From Octopus vulgaris (Eukaryota), in assembly GCA_951406725.2 (NCBI GenBank), contig OX597819.1, forward strand, positions 30,752,001 through 30,816,000: a stretch of 64,000 nt of DNA. The letters run 5' to 3'. Of the stretch, positions 23,201-35,700 are shown one piece after another; within the stretch, counting starts at the first letter, position 1; every line of letters begins with the position of its first letter. Under the pieces are notes generated by a model. It did not search any database. It saw nothing but the letters and a program-made list of their open reading frames with translations, and was not told where the DNA came from. Position numbers and translations under genes: made by a program.

Positions 23201-26200
23201 AAAGGTGTACCAAATCCTGATGTTGGTATGTATTTTGCCTCTAAAATTTCTGACTATCTCAGATTCCAAAACAAACTTATTTTAATTTTTGTGGAGTTTT
23301 TGAATCATTTTCTAAATCAAAACTATTTTCTTAGTACCGTTTCCTGTCATTGTCATCATTGTCTTGTGTGACCATTATTTACAATGAGCATGCTGTAAAG
23401 AGTTTCTTCCTACTTCTTTTCTGCAAACATGGTTCTTTTCCTGATGGCATCAGAGTCCTGTCTCTTTTTCTATTTGTTATAATTTTTGTGATGGCTAGTT
23501 TACTTTAAAGCCTTTCAATTCCAGAGAAAAGCTACGTATATAGGGAATTATGGTATGGGCATATAATGTGCATAGGTGAAGATAGTTGCATAAAAAGTAC
23601 TACATGCACAAAGTGGATGATATCAGTAGAAGAGAAACTCCTAGAAAGACATGGAATAGTGGAAACCAATTCCAATGTGTTAAGCCTCAGAAAGTTGTTG
23701 ACAGCCAACCGTAATAACTGGTGATATGCTGTACTGTAGAAAACCCACTCTCCTGATCTAGCATTGCACAATGAATGCTAATGAGAGGAATGTTCTTACT
23801 GCATTCATCCACTGCTCCTCCTCTGCCTCTATCTCATTATCCTCTCTTAACTATCTCCCTACATGGGATGCTGTGATACAAGTGAAGGCGCATGGCTCAG
23901 TGGTTAGAGCGTCGAGCTTACGATCGTGAGGTTGTGAGCTCAAATCCCGGACTGGGCTGCGTGTTGTGTTCTTGAGCAAGACTCTTTATTTCACGTTGCT
24001 CCAATTCATTCAGCTGTAGAAATGAGTTGCGACGTCACAGGTGCCAAGCTGTATCGGCCCTTGCCTTTCCCTTGGATAACACTGGTGACGTGGAGAGGGG
24101 AGGGCGGTATGCATGGGCGACTGCTGGTCTTCCATAAAACAACCTTGCCCAGACTTGTGCCTCAGAGGGTAACTTTCTAGGTGCAAGCCCATGGTCAGTG
24201 TCTGACCGAAGGGGGTCTCAACATGGGATGCTGTCTCTACTTGCATCCTCTGCTCTCTTCTATTACTATGGAAACCTCCAGCCTTTCTTTCTCTAATTAA
24301 ACCTCCATTCAGTACTACTTCCCTGTGTTTCTTTCTCTCACTGTCCTCTCTTCACAGCCCTTCTGCTTAAGATGATATCTCTGCATTCATACCAATCTCC
24401 ATCCACACCTATGTGATACTTCCAGTTTTTTTTTATACCTTGTATGGTATTTTGCATATCATTATCATCTTTGTTTTATTCTAATATGTGTCACTGGTTT
24501 ATTGAAATTATCTTTGTTCCCAGCTAAGTTAGAACAATCAATTGTCACTTATTTTCTTAACTCATTTTCATTTTATTCATGCAAATTATGTAGGCCATAA
24601 ATATGTTCTTTCTGTTTTTCTAAATGTCTCATTATCCTGGAGATAAGGCAGGGCTACTGCTGAGCTGATGATGCCTATTGTGGCTGGAACATCTGTCCAC
24701 AACTAATGTCTTGTCTTTTCCTTAATTACTTGTCAATTTTGGAGAATTTGTGAGATTTTTATCCACTTCCCATTAGGAGTTGCTCTCAATTACCAACAAG
24801 CAAATAGTTCAGTCTTCTCTGGAAGCAAAGATAATTTCATTGATCTAGGATTTATTTTGTACGGTATTTAGTATGCCCCTATCTTTGTTGCTCAGATACA
24901 TGCCTCTGGTTACTCTGAATCATTTGTCATGCTGGAGAACAGATGATCGTCAGATGAGACCAAATCAAGAGAGTAGGGATGATGATTAACCAGTTTAAAA
25001 TCAGTCAAGCACAGCAGCCATTGAAACCAAGAATTTGTAAGGGCATCCAGCCGTAGAAACACTGCCAGATCTGACTGGGCCTGATGAAGCCTTCCGGCTT
25101 CACAGACCCCAGTTGAACCGTCCAACCCATGCTAGCATGGAAAACGGACGCTAAACGATGATGATGATGATGATGATGATCAAAAAAGAGATCCCTTTCA
25201 TCAGTTTTCTTGGGCATTTGGTCTTGATAGTCTTTCATAACTGTCTCAGCAAGCTGGCATAATACCCTCCATTGATGGTGTAGCCCTTTTGAAGATAATA
25301 AATACAATGCCTTTTGCATCCCCAGAAACCAAAGGCCATCACCTTCCTTGCAAATGGAACCACTTTGGCCTTTCTTGAAGATGAGGAGGGATGCTTTAAT
25401 TTTCTCCATTTATATATTTATTTAACTTTCTTTTTATTTGTCAAGGAATTATTGATATCCCAATCGCTGAAGGATCAATTGATGGGAAATCAAGAGTAAG
25501 TTTCAAGATTTTACTTCTAATCATATATAATTCACATCAGTACATTGAATTACAATTAATGAGTGGAATTCATTGCTGATAATAAATACCCATTGATATT
25601 TTGCTAGATTATTAAGGTACCAACCTACCATTCTTGGGTTGATGATATTTAACCCATTGCCACCAGTGCACAGTATTGCTTACTAAAACACTCAACTTTC
25701 ACTTATTTGTAAATACACACCACAAAAAAGTTACAGTTTATTGCAGTAGGGAGTAGAACTTGTGTTTCTTTCACTTTCATTCCTAAGTTCAAATCTTCTT
25801 GGAGACAAAACCAATTTTAGTCATTGCATTTAGCAAGGTTATGGAAAGAGTTTTGATGAAGCACTTAATTAAAATGAATTGAACAAGGATAGCCTTGGAA
25901 GATGTTGCATATCAATAAAGATAAGAATTTTTTTTTTCCACAATCTGAAATATACTTTCCTTCATTTTCTACAATGCTCTTCTATCTATCTGGTAGACTT
26001 GCAAGGCCCCTCTTCAGAAATTCATTTGTCTGTGACAAAAAATACTCCGCCAGTACTGCTCTGGCCTCATCTACAGAATTCATATTTTTTCCGTCCAAAT
26101 GATTTTGAAGACTGCAGAATAAATGATAATCAGATGGGGCAATGTCCAGCGAATATGGTAGGTGGAGCATCATTTCCCATTCAAATTGCTCCAGCTTTTG

Positions 26201-29200
26201 GGATGCCATCCTTGTTGTATGTGGCCGAGCATTATCCTGATGGAAGAACACCTTTTGTCTTGAAACCAAATATGGTTATCTTTCTTCTAATGTTGACTTA
26301 AGCCACTCAAGCTGCTCATAGTAGATCTCCTTTGTTATCATTTGGTTTGGGTTCAAAAATTCAAAGTGGACTAAACTTGTCATATCTCACCAAAGAGATA
26401 ACAACATCTTATGTGGGTGAAGACCTTCTTTAGTCTGGGGTGCTGGTGTTCCTCCTTTCCCTACCCACTGTCTTCAGTGCTTGACATTTTTATAGAGAAC
26501 CCATTTTTCGTCATAATTCACTATTTGGTCCAAAAAGGTTTATTCATGAGATCTGACAGCAAAGAAAGGCACAAATTCACTCTCTGTGTGCAATTAGACT
26601 CGGAAAGTTTATGAGTAACCCATTGACCCAATTTGCTGACTTTTCCGATGGCACACAGGTGTCAATGAATGGTTAACTGACCAAATCCAAGCTTCTCTGC
26701 TAGTTCCTCAACAGTTATGATGGAATTTTGCTCCACCAGGGTTTGCAGGACATCCTCATCAAGCTCTACAGATCTTCCAGGATGAGGTTCATCTTATAGG
26801 CTGTAGTTTCTGGCTCGGGAATACTGGAACCACTGTTGACACTCCATATACTGCATTAATATTCCTTACACTCTCCGTTGTGCTGTTGCCTTTATTGAAC
26901 TCATAAAACAAAATATGATGAATATGCTCCTTTGTCACTTCCATTATAACTTAAAAATCGAACTGCATTCTTCAAAACTTGCATTAAGAATGACAAGCTA
27001 AAATTACTACCTTCTTTTATAGCAAGTTGCTGCAGGTAGTTTATCCCGTCCCTCTGCAACTTTTAGTTCATGCAATAATAAAAACCCACATTGTTTATGG
27101 AATGACCTAATATATATGGTCGAACCCATGCCAGCATGGAAAGTGGACGTTAAATGATGATGATGATGACATACACACAAACATGCTTACCTATATCAAA
27201 TTCCTCTATGCAATTATATTAGGATGCTAAAGCCTTCTCACATAGTCAACTTTAATAGCTGCTTTCTACTCCGAAACTATACTCAACATAATAGAAATAT
27301 TTTATTAAATCTTAAATAATCAAGTATGTTGCTTGTCCTATTCATTAAACACTTACCAGCTTATTTTATTATTATTATTCAGTTCTGCTGGCTATAAACG
27401 ATGTGTATAAAATATCTTCATTCTGCACTTTTTATTTTTCTATTCCCTCTAAGATGGTTCTGAAACCTGACTACACTGAAGAAACCCGATTGGTAATGAA
27501 GAAAAGTTCAGTGAAACGATCTGAAGCTGTTACTCACTACAAAGTATTGTGTAAATCATTTGGAAGTGCTTTAGTGGAATGTCAACCAAAGACAGGTAAT
27601 TCTCTCTGAATTGTTTGATTCAGTTTCCTCCTTATTTTAATACAGCACCCACTACACTCTCGGAGTGATTGGCATTAGGAAGGGCATCCAGGTGTAGAAA
27701 CTCTGCCAGATCAAGACTGGAGCCTGGTGCAGCCATCTGGTTGCCAGCCCTCAGTCAAAACCGTCCAACCCATGCTAGTTTACCATATTTTCTGGCATAC
27801 AAGTCAACTCAATACATTGTATAAACACATGTAAAACATTCAAACTATCTTTCCAAATCCTCCTGCATTTTACATGGAAATTTTGTTCCTCCGAAATCAG
27901 CTTACCTTTTTTCGCTGTAAATTCTGGTCTATAAAATTCAGCTTGTATGTGGAAAATACGGCACTGGTTTTTAATAGGTTTTTTTTTTCTTTCTTTTTAA
28001 TAGCAACTTTAAAACTGGTTCTTTTTCAGGTGTCAAGCATCAAGTTCGAGTTCATTTAGCATTTGGTCTCAACACACCTATTATTGGAGACCACAAATAT
28101 TCACATATTAACAAACTTGCTCCTCAGGTAAATAATCTTTGTGTTTCTGTAAATTTGTCTGTCATATTAGACTAAGAAAAGGTCAAGCACATTAAAGTAT
28201 GACTTGATAATTCATAGTGATCTTTTGTGAATGAAATATTGCTGAAAACATTTAAGATTTTGAACCAATAAATGATTGAAGAAAAGTTCATGTGGTTGAC
28301 TGGTAAAAATAATTCCCAGTTTTAGTGCCGCAAAGAAAATGTTCATTTTTTTTTTCACAAGTGCAAGGAAACAACATATTAAATTGACCTTTTCAGTTTC
28401 CATTGCTTATACTAAAATATAGGGATGATGGGTGTGGTTGTAAGATTTCTTTCACCACCAAGTGCTTTTGGTATCAATCTCTCTGTGTTATCTTGGACAG
28501 GCATCAGACCAACCAATACATTGTGTGTGAAATTTGATAGATGGAAAATGTATGGAATATCATCAGATATAGCTTTGTGGTTGAGAAATTTGCTTCCCAA
28601 GTATATGGTTTCAAGTTCAGTCCCACTTGAAGCAAGTGTTTTTAATCATGGTTTTTGGTTGATGGAAACAAGCCCATTGTGTATGTGTCTGTTTTTATCC
28701 CCTTGTCTTGATATAGTGTGATAGTTGTAAATCATTGTCCCAGTTATACAAGCCATACCATCCATTACAAGCATATTGTAAGAACATATCTGGTCATGTT
28801 CTTGCAGAAATATTACTTCACTTGAAAAGAGGTGAAGGTTGGCAACAGGAAGGGCATCAAGCTGTAGAAAATTTGCCTAAATATATTCCATCCACCCATG
28901 CTTGTTCACTTTGTCCTCATTTGAGTAAAAACAATGTACGTGTCCTGTAAACAATACATCTCATAACTTGTGAAAACCATTGAAAGAAGTTTGTCATTGA
29001 GAAGAGAATTTGGCTGTTGAAAACGGCCTTGAAAACGTCCAATTTTCGCTAGTATGGATGTAAAAGATTATGATATCTCTGAATTAACATTGAATTAAAA
29101 GAGTGCTGACGAAATTTTTGTGAAGTGTTCAAGTATTTAAAGTAATTTATCTTCAAGACCAACCAAGATTTCACATTCTAACTTTTAATGTTGCTATTTT

Positions 29201-29404
29201 GGTCTTTTTCAGCGTTTGTTTCCAGAAATATTACAGCGCCTAAATGTCCGACAAAGTAAAGTACGTTATATACCAATGCATCTCCATTCAAAAGCTATAA
29301 TTCTCCCTCAACTACTTAATGGTAAAAACCTGTTCATAAAAGCTAATTTACCATACCATTTCTACAAGAACATGAAGAGCTTAAAGCTTAAAACAGACAA
29401 GTAA
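13037..29404 (+). CDS. RPUSD4: Mitochondrial RNA pseudouridine synthase RPUSD4 (RluA family), joined CDS about 625 aa
   Basis: join(13037-14030,15171-15296,19483-19527,22891-23020,23125-23225,25446-25495,27454-27595,28030-28127,29213-29404) = 1878 nt, all GT-AG and phase-consistent. Motifs [19 protein letters not shown] (catalytic Asp) and [20 protein letters not shown]. Confidence 0.92.
14823..14860 (-). ncRNA. Minimal type I hammerhead ribozyme motif
   Basis: Minus strand: ctgt-CTGATGA-acg-gcaa-cga-GAAA-ctc-a-ga-GTA-acag. Confidence 0.7.
15171..15296 (+). CDS. RPUSD4: RPUSD4 exon
   Basis: cag|ATCCT...AGGA|gtaagt; [15 protein letters not shown]...IKSRIIYNR. Confidence 0.85.
15931..16298 (-). 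mobile_element. RTE LINE 3'UTR fragment
   Basis: Same sequence as 1499-1860, with a (CAT)n end. Confidence 0.8.
16458..16847 (+). mobile_element. tRNA-derived SINE family A
   Basis: Near-full copy. Confidence 0.8.
17092..17503 (-). mobile_element. RTE LINE 3'UTR fragment (subfamily shared with 41258-41611)
   Basis: (CAT)n end, conserved tail and internal repeat units. Confidence 0.8.
18121..18527 (-). mobile_element. tRNA-derived SINE family A
   Basis: Full reverse-complement copy. Confidence 0.85.
18971..19367 (-). mobile_element. Non-autonomous Helitron
   Basis: Minus strand starts TC and ends CTAG with a subterminal GC-rich hairpin (cccaagcaacgccggg); inserted between A and T without TSD, inside a piggyBac-type MITE. 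Confidence 0.75.
19483..19527 (+). CDS. RPUSD4: RPUSD4 exon (motif I)
   Basis: ag|ATGACATT...CATG|gtaagt; [16 protein letters not shown]. Confidence 0.9.
21425..21616. repeat. Inverted pair of RTE 3' tails forming a hairpin
   Basis: (CAT)n-gtttaacgtccg...ttggacggtttgactg / cagtcaaactgtccaa...gttaaacg-(ATG)n. Confidence 0.8.
21881..22430 (+). mobile_element. Internally deleted mariner element
   Basis: TIRs ttgggatgtccgaaaagtt / aactttccggacaacccaa, TA duplication, and [21 protein letters not shown]. Confidence 0.85.
22891..23020 (+). CDS. RPUSD4: RPUSD4 exon with the catalytic HRLD motif
   Basis: GGPGVHVSL...[16 protein letters not shown]; AG/GT boundaries. Confidence 0.93.
23125..23225 (+). 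CDS. RPUSD4: RPUSD4 exon
   Basis: [29 protein letters not shown]; AG/GT boundaries. Confidence 0.92.
23875..24220 (+). mobile_element. tRNA(Arg)-like SINE family D with a 14-bp TSD
   Basis: A box tggctcagtgg; TSD acatgggatgctgt at 23861-23874 and 24221-24234; second copy on the minus strand at about 44210-44550. Confidence 0.8.
24890..25400 (-). mobile_element. Degenerate mariner transposase fragment interrupted by an RTE tail (25038-25181)
   Basis: [15 protein letters not shown] and [14 protein letters not shown] remnants. Confidence 0.6.
25446..25495 (+). CDS. RPUSD4: RPUSD4 exon
   Basis: aag|GAATTATTGAT...AGA|gtaagt; [17 protein letters not shown]. Confidence 0.85.
25900..27110 (-). mobile_element. 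Degenerate near-full-length mariner element
   Basis: [10 protein letters not shown]...[14 protein letters not shown]; N-terminus MEVTKEHI near 26944; TIR-like end at about 27087-27112. Confidence 0.8.
27454..27595 (+). CDS. RPUSD4: RPUSD4 exon
   Basis: MVLKPDY...AVTHYKVL...[10 protein letters not shown]. Confidence 0.92.
28030..28127 (+). CDS. RPUSD4: RPUSD4 exon
   Basis: [26 protein letters not shown]...LAPQ. Confidence 0.93.
29213..29404 (+). CDS. RPUSD4: RPUSD4 last coding exon
   Basis: [10 protein letters not shown]...IPMHLHSK...LPYHF...TDK*; AATAAA at 29499 and 29645. Confidence 0.9.
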   Translation, partial: RLFPEILQRLNVRQSKVRYIPMHLHSKAIILPQLLNGKNLFIKANLPYHFYKNMKSLKLKTDK

Positions 29405-30116
29405 AAGTTTATATATATATATATATATATATAAATGATGATGTATGTATATAAACTGCATTGTGCCTTAAAAGTTTTTAATAGAAAATCACTTTGGAAA
29501 TAAATAATACTGTTTGAGGTGATAAAACTGATAAATACTTTTTTCCGACACAAAAATAACGCTTTGTGAGACTGAAAGTAAAATCTTTGAGATAAAGCTA
29601 CATCACCTTCAGTTTACAGCAAAATATCACTTCATTAAAGTTGAAATAAAGAAATATACTGAGATTTAATGATTTAAATCTTACTACTCAGAGTAATATC
29701 TGGTAAAGAGCCTCTGTTTGTATCATCTTAAAAATTTCAAGTTTTCTCTTCATTATTATATCTGTTTCTCTGTGCTTTAATTGATAGAATGGTTCTGCAA
29801 TATAATATTTCTGTGACCTCATTCCTGCATTATCTAATTTGTCAGGCTCAACATTTTTATCTGATCTTGTACCTTTTATATTATTTTCTAAGTCTTCTTT
29901 GATGCACATCTTTTAATCAGCCAGCATTGTCATGTATTAACTTAGAAATGAGAGTATAACAAGTCAGGAACAGCATAAAATAGGAGATAATGGATAAGGA
30001 CAGTCATAACAAAGTTTTGGTTTGCCTGTGAAAGAGATCTTGTTTCTGGTAAACCAGCCCCAAGAACTGTTTGGCAAAATGCCAAGTTTTGTTGGGTAAA
30101 TGGATTGCATGTGACA

Positions 30117-30517
30117 ACTCTTTTACTTGTTTCAGTCATTTGACTGCGGCCATGCTGGAGCACCGCCTTTAGTCGAGCAACACGACCCCGGGACTTATTC
30201 ATTGTAAGCCCAGTACTTATTCTATCGGTCTCATTTGCCCAACCGCTAAGTGACAGGGACGTAAACACACCAGCATCGGTTGTCAGGCAATGCTAGGGGG
30301 ACAAACACAGACACACAAACACACACACACACATACATATAAATATATATACATATATACGACAGGCTTCTTTCAGTTTCTGTCTACCAAATCCACTCAC
30401 AAGGCATTGGTCGGCCCGGGGCTATAGCAGAAGACACTTGCCCAAAGTGCCACGCAGTGGGACTGAACCCGGAACCATGTGGTTGGTTAGCAGGCTACTT
30501 ACCACACAGCCACTCCT
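30117..30517 (-). mobile_element. tRNA-derived SINE family A
   Basis: Near-full reverse-complement copy. Confidence 0.85.
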
Positions 30518-31006
30518 AATGGAATTGTGCATTATGTGCATTTCGAAATTTTAGTCTGTCAAAACTAATCTGAATGAAGATGTGAGTGACTTGAGTGACT
30601 GAGGAAGTGGACAAAAGCCAAGAGATTGGCAATTTATATTCTCTCAGTAGTACTGCATAGTGTCTGGCCATAGTCAAGACAATTGGCCCTCAGTAACTGA
30701 AACTAAATAACAGAGAGTAGTTGCCATGATGCTGCAGTTTATTTCTGAGAGAAAATCTCTTCATGGACATATTGAAAACATGTTCACTTCAGAGTGAGGC
30801 AAAGACCATCACAACAGTGACTCCTGAGAGTGACATGACTTATGCCCTACTGCTGGCATGTCAATGCTGTGCACAAGCTTGTCACTTGCTTAGATGAAAT
30901 TTATACTTCAATATATAGGAAACAGTGAATAATGTATTCACTGAATATTATGGAAAGCTCAGTGAATGCAGCTGAAACAGCATTAAATCAAAATTGCCAT
31001 CTGTCT

Positions 31007-31446
31007 ATCATCATCATCATCATCATCATTTAACGTCCGCTTTCCATGCTAGCATGGGTTGGACGGTTCAACTGGGGTCTGGGGAGCCCGAAGGCTGCAC
31101 CAGGCCAGTCAGATCTGGCAGTGTTTCTACAGCTGGATGCCCTTCCTAACGCCAACCACTCCGAGAGTGTAGTGGGTGATTTTTTTGTGCCACCGACACA
31201 GGTGCCAGACGAGGCTGGCAGACGGCCACGCTCGGATGGTGTTTTTATGTGCCACCGACACAGGTGCCAGATGAGGCTGGCGAACGGCCACGATCGGATG
31301 GTGGTTGTTACATGCCCACAGCAAGGAGGCCAGTTGATGCGGTACTGGCTACGTTCGGATGGTTTTCTTGTGTGCCACCGGCACTGGTACCACAAAGATA
31401 CAAATTCCATTGATGTTCATCTATTTTGATTTGTTTTGATTTGATA
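31007..31446 (-). mobile_element. RTE LINE 3'UTR fragment
   Basis: (CAT)n end and internal repeat units. Confidence 0.8.
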
Positions 31447-31734
31447 TCATATTAAGTGTATATTCTCCTTTGGAAGGTATGAGTTATGGTTGAGAGGAAT
31501 TCCCTTCATAGATGTGTGTTAGAATGAAACAAATACAGTTATAGCAATGCCTCACAAGAAAACAAGTGTTTTGCCCTACATGGGGCTTGCCAGTGCCCCA
31601 TGCACTGATCACATCTAGATGAAATTAAATCTTCGATATATATATGGAAAACATTTCCTCTCCAACAAAGAACACAGCATCCTGCCTTTCAACAGTTTAA
31701 AAACATTTAGTATGATATATATATATATTATTAA

Positions 31735-31955
31735 CCCTTTAGTGTTCAGATTACTCTGTTAAATGTATAATTTTTTTTAATCAAATTGTTTTTAATTAAT
31801 CATGCATTATCTTATAGCTTTGAGGTTTCAATGACGTGATTGTTTATTTTTAGAATGTCAATGTAGGTTAGGTGTGAGAGCCCTGATCTGGTCAGTTTGA
31901 ACATAAAATAGGTAGAAAACTTCAGCCAGATATGGCCAGTTTAAACACTAAAGGG
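31735..31955. mobile_element. piggyBac-type MITE (second family)
   Basis: Perfect 12-bp TIR ccctttagtgtt/aacactaaaggg with TTAA on both sides. Confidence 0.75.
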
Positions 31956-32641
31956 TTAAATGTTATTTCAATTGCATTCACTAAGTTTTCAATAAAGAGT
32001 AGTTTTTGTTCAGGGTCAAGACAGTTGGCCCTTTCCAAGTATCTGAAGCTAAATAACTTTTACCTTTTCAAATAGCAGTAACACTGTAAAATTAGCAATA
32101 TTAAGTCCAACCTTTTTCTGTTGGGGTAGTTTGGTGAGATGGACACTGACGAAGCTGATTTTCCCATAATACACAATGTTTCAACCCAGGTCATATCTGA
32201 TGATCAAATAGCCCCATGATCAATAACCATTCTGTCTTTTTAGGAATATGTAGAACTACAAATTCTAATGTATGTGATTTGAGGGTGATTTGACTGCTAT
32301 TTCAATCCAGTGGATTACAGCACTCACTGCAGACATTAGAATGAAATCAAGAAAACAAAATTGATGAATCCTTAAAACAAATAATTAGTGAATAATGTCA
32401 TTTCTACACCTGAGAAATATTTTTGAAAGGCAAAATTAGGGAGAAACCTTTTGTGTTTAGTAGTAATAATAAACAGAGAAGAAATGATGTGATATCTCAG
32501 GGTAAACATGGAATGAATCAAGTCTAAATGAGTAATTAGAAAGAGCACTAATTTATGATCAGAAAATAATTTGTTTTTATTATAACAAAAATAAAAAAAA
32601 AAGAATAAAAGAAAAGTAAATTGAATGATAAAATTTTGCAT

Positions 32642-32753
32642 TTAGAAATAAAGTCCACAAAATGCATCTTCCAATGCTCTCTTGCAGCCAACAGTATCAT
32701 GGAATCCTCCAGCAAGTTCCATTGCTGTGGCTGACCGAATATTTTTAAGGTAC
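32642..32753 (-). CDS. MNAT1: MNAT1 exon 8
   Basis: [37 protein letters not shown]. Confidence 0.92.
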
Positions 32754-35700
32754 CTGTTCAACAAAATCCAAAGAAATCATTATACATAATATCTCACATA
32801 ATTAATTATAGTCTAAATTTCTAAGTCTGAAGGAATCTAAAGAAATTATTTCCATTTGCTTCTAATTGAAGGTATTTTTTTTTTCCAGCTTTACTTCAGT
32901 GCAGGTGTAGCTCTGAAGTTAAGAAGCTTACATCTCGGGCTCAGTACCACTGCAAAACACCTTGGACAAGAGTCTTCTACTACACCCACCAGCCAACCAG
33001 AGCTTTGTCAGGGGATTTGGTAGATGGAAACTGAGAAAGCTTACATCATCATCATCGTCCGCTTTCCATGCTGGCATGGGTTGGACGGTGCAACTGGGGT
33101 CTGGGAAGCCAGAAGGCTGCACCAGGCCCAGTCTGATCTGGCAATTTTTCTACGGCTGGATGCCCTTCCTAATGCCAACCAGTCCATGAGTGTAGTGGGT
33201 GCTTTTTTACGTGCCACCAGCACAGGTGCCAGACAAGTCTGGCAAACGGCCACGGTCGGATGGTGCTTTTTACGTGCCACCGGCAAGCTAAGTAAAATCA
33301 TAGTTGTCCTAGCATACAGACATGTCCCCTACATACCTCTCCAGATGAGCAATCCTAACCTTTGTAGGCTCATGGGTGCTGGAGCCACATAAAAAGCACC
33401 CGTGCTAGTACCATGTAAAAGCACTCGGTGTTACAAAGGGCATCCAGTCGTAGAAACCATGTCAAAACAGGCATGTATCCCAGGTTGATGATGATGTGTG
33501 TGTACCCTTGTCTTGACATCAAGTGATAGTTGTATGTAGGCACCACCATCATACAAGTGATGTTGTTTGTTACCAATCTTCCATGAAAAATATGTCTGGT
33601 AATGGGAAATATTACCTTGCTTGGAAACAGGTGAGGGTTGGCAACAAGATCATCCATCCATAGAAAATCTGCCTCAGAATATTCTTTCTAACCCATGCAA
33701 GCATGGAAAAGTGCATGTTGAATGACGATGATGAGTAAGGAACTTTACAATTTAGTTGAGATAAAAAAATATAAAATAAAATGTAGATGTTTGGTGAACC
33801 AAATGTTCTGAGAAGTATTTATAACTCAAATAAATGGCTTCCAATTATGTGCAGTCTATAGTGCCAGAGACAGATGGCAGTATACTTTATTAATATCTAA
33901 TAGCTCCCATGCTTATAGTATGTCATAATGGAATGTTTCATCCATACAGATCAGGGCTAAAATATTTGTCGCCTCTAAAATTTGAATTTTGACAAAGTCT
34001 ATTTCCAAAGAGATAAAATGGAAAAAAATTTTTCTTTAATTCCCTTCAAAACGTTAAACAATGAACTCAAAATGAACATTAAATATGCTTATCTGTGATA
34101 CTTTAGTGAGCAAGAATGTCCTCTCAGATGTGGTTATAATTAAATTTTAAAAAGCTGTTTCAATATGTAGGGCATCAAGGAAAATAGTTTCTTTCTTTTA
34201 CAAAAAAAAAAACTCTCAAAAGGAAATTAAAGACTGCGATTACTAAATATTGTCTGAAAATGCTAATATTTCTTATTGAAAATATTAGTCTTAATCAAAG
34301 TAAAAAAAAATATTAATAATCCAAGTTCAGATCTAGCATATTACTTACCCATGTATCTGCAATTCTTGTACTGTTGGTACTTTGGGTCCAAGCATTGTAA
34401 TCAGAAGAGGTGTGTACTGATAAAGTGGAGCAGATTCTGTTGCTGGTATAGGTAGATATTTATCTTGGTGGTGGCCCTGTTGTAATAACAAAGAACAACA
34501 ACACTGACATAAATCTAAGAATTTAACTCCAAAATAATTGCATAATCATTAGCTTCAATGATAAACTCAGTTCCAATCCAGTGTGGCAAAGAAGAAAGGA
34601 AAATTTCAAAACATATTCAGAATTGGCATTTACATTAACTATGCAGTTAAAGAGGCTTGTGTAACAAACACCAATAAGGTTACAAAGAAGGCAAAAACTG
34701 GTATTAGTAACACAAGCATCCATAACATATAAAGAAAACCCATAAACTGATTTCGATATTGATTTATTTATCATCATGGCCATTTTCACATTTACTTCAA
34801 TAAAACAATCGGATCTTTTTGGTTTGAACGGCAGTTTTTTCTAGCGGTGTCATATGAAATTGCCACCCATAATTATGACCCTAGTATCGATCTATTGCAT
34901 TTCAATCTGTGTTAGGGTTAGGGGTGGGAGGAAGGGTATTTTTTTTTCTTCACAAATGTAAATAAACCCAATCTGTTTCTTAAATGAGGAACATATTCAT
35001 ACGGCACAGAATGTTTTTTACCTCAATAGACGGTCGTTGATTGGTTGAAATTGCAGAAATTGAAGAAAAAAAACAGCAAATATCTTACAAACTATAGAAT
35101 TTTCTCAATAAAGCCAAAAGAAAAAGATGTTTTATAAACACATTCTACCAGTATACGAAGTTTTAAATTTTTTAGTTACCTAGAAATTATGTTAAAAGCT
35201 GCTGTTCAAACCGAAAAGATCCAAACAATCTGTTAGCTAACACTAAACATAATTAAGGTTTGGTTTCTGAATATAAAAATGTGTGTAAAGATGCCATGGC
35301 TTAGTAGTAAAAGTGTTGCATTCAGAATTGCCAGATCATGGTTTTGGTTCCCAGACTAGGCAGTGGGTTTGTTCTCAAGCAAAACACTTCATTTCATATT
35401 GCTCCAGTCTACTCAGCTGTAAATGTAACTCTGCTTCCTATAGTGGTCACTTGCACATCATGGAAACTGGTAACTAGCCCAATGAGTTCTAGGACTCAAA
35501 ACAATATCATATATATTGGGTTGGCAAGAAAGTAATTTTGGGTTTTTAGTATGAAATAAAAGTCATTTTTTTTTTCATACAAAGAATTATATAGTATTAT
35601 ATATGTGTGTATTTTGTATGTGCTGACATCACTGAAGTCTTGTATTTTATCATCAAAAAATAACAAAAATTGTGTTTAATCATTTAAATAGAGGTCCAAA

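Noticed and set aside
23885-23960. tRNA gene
   Set aside because: The tRNA-like head continues into a SINE body with a TSD, and the acceptor stem is not intact. The same applies to the other SINE heads.
29688-29909. Minus-strand ORF between the RPUSD4 and MNAT1 3' ends
   Set aside because: No recognisable motif or convincing splice context; may be UTR or an old remnant.
31165-31400. CRISPR-like repeat-spacer pattern
   Set aside because: The spacers are homologous to each other, the array is part of an RTE 3'UTR found many times, there are no cas genes, and the context is eukaryotic.
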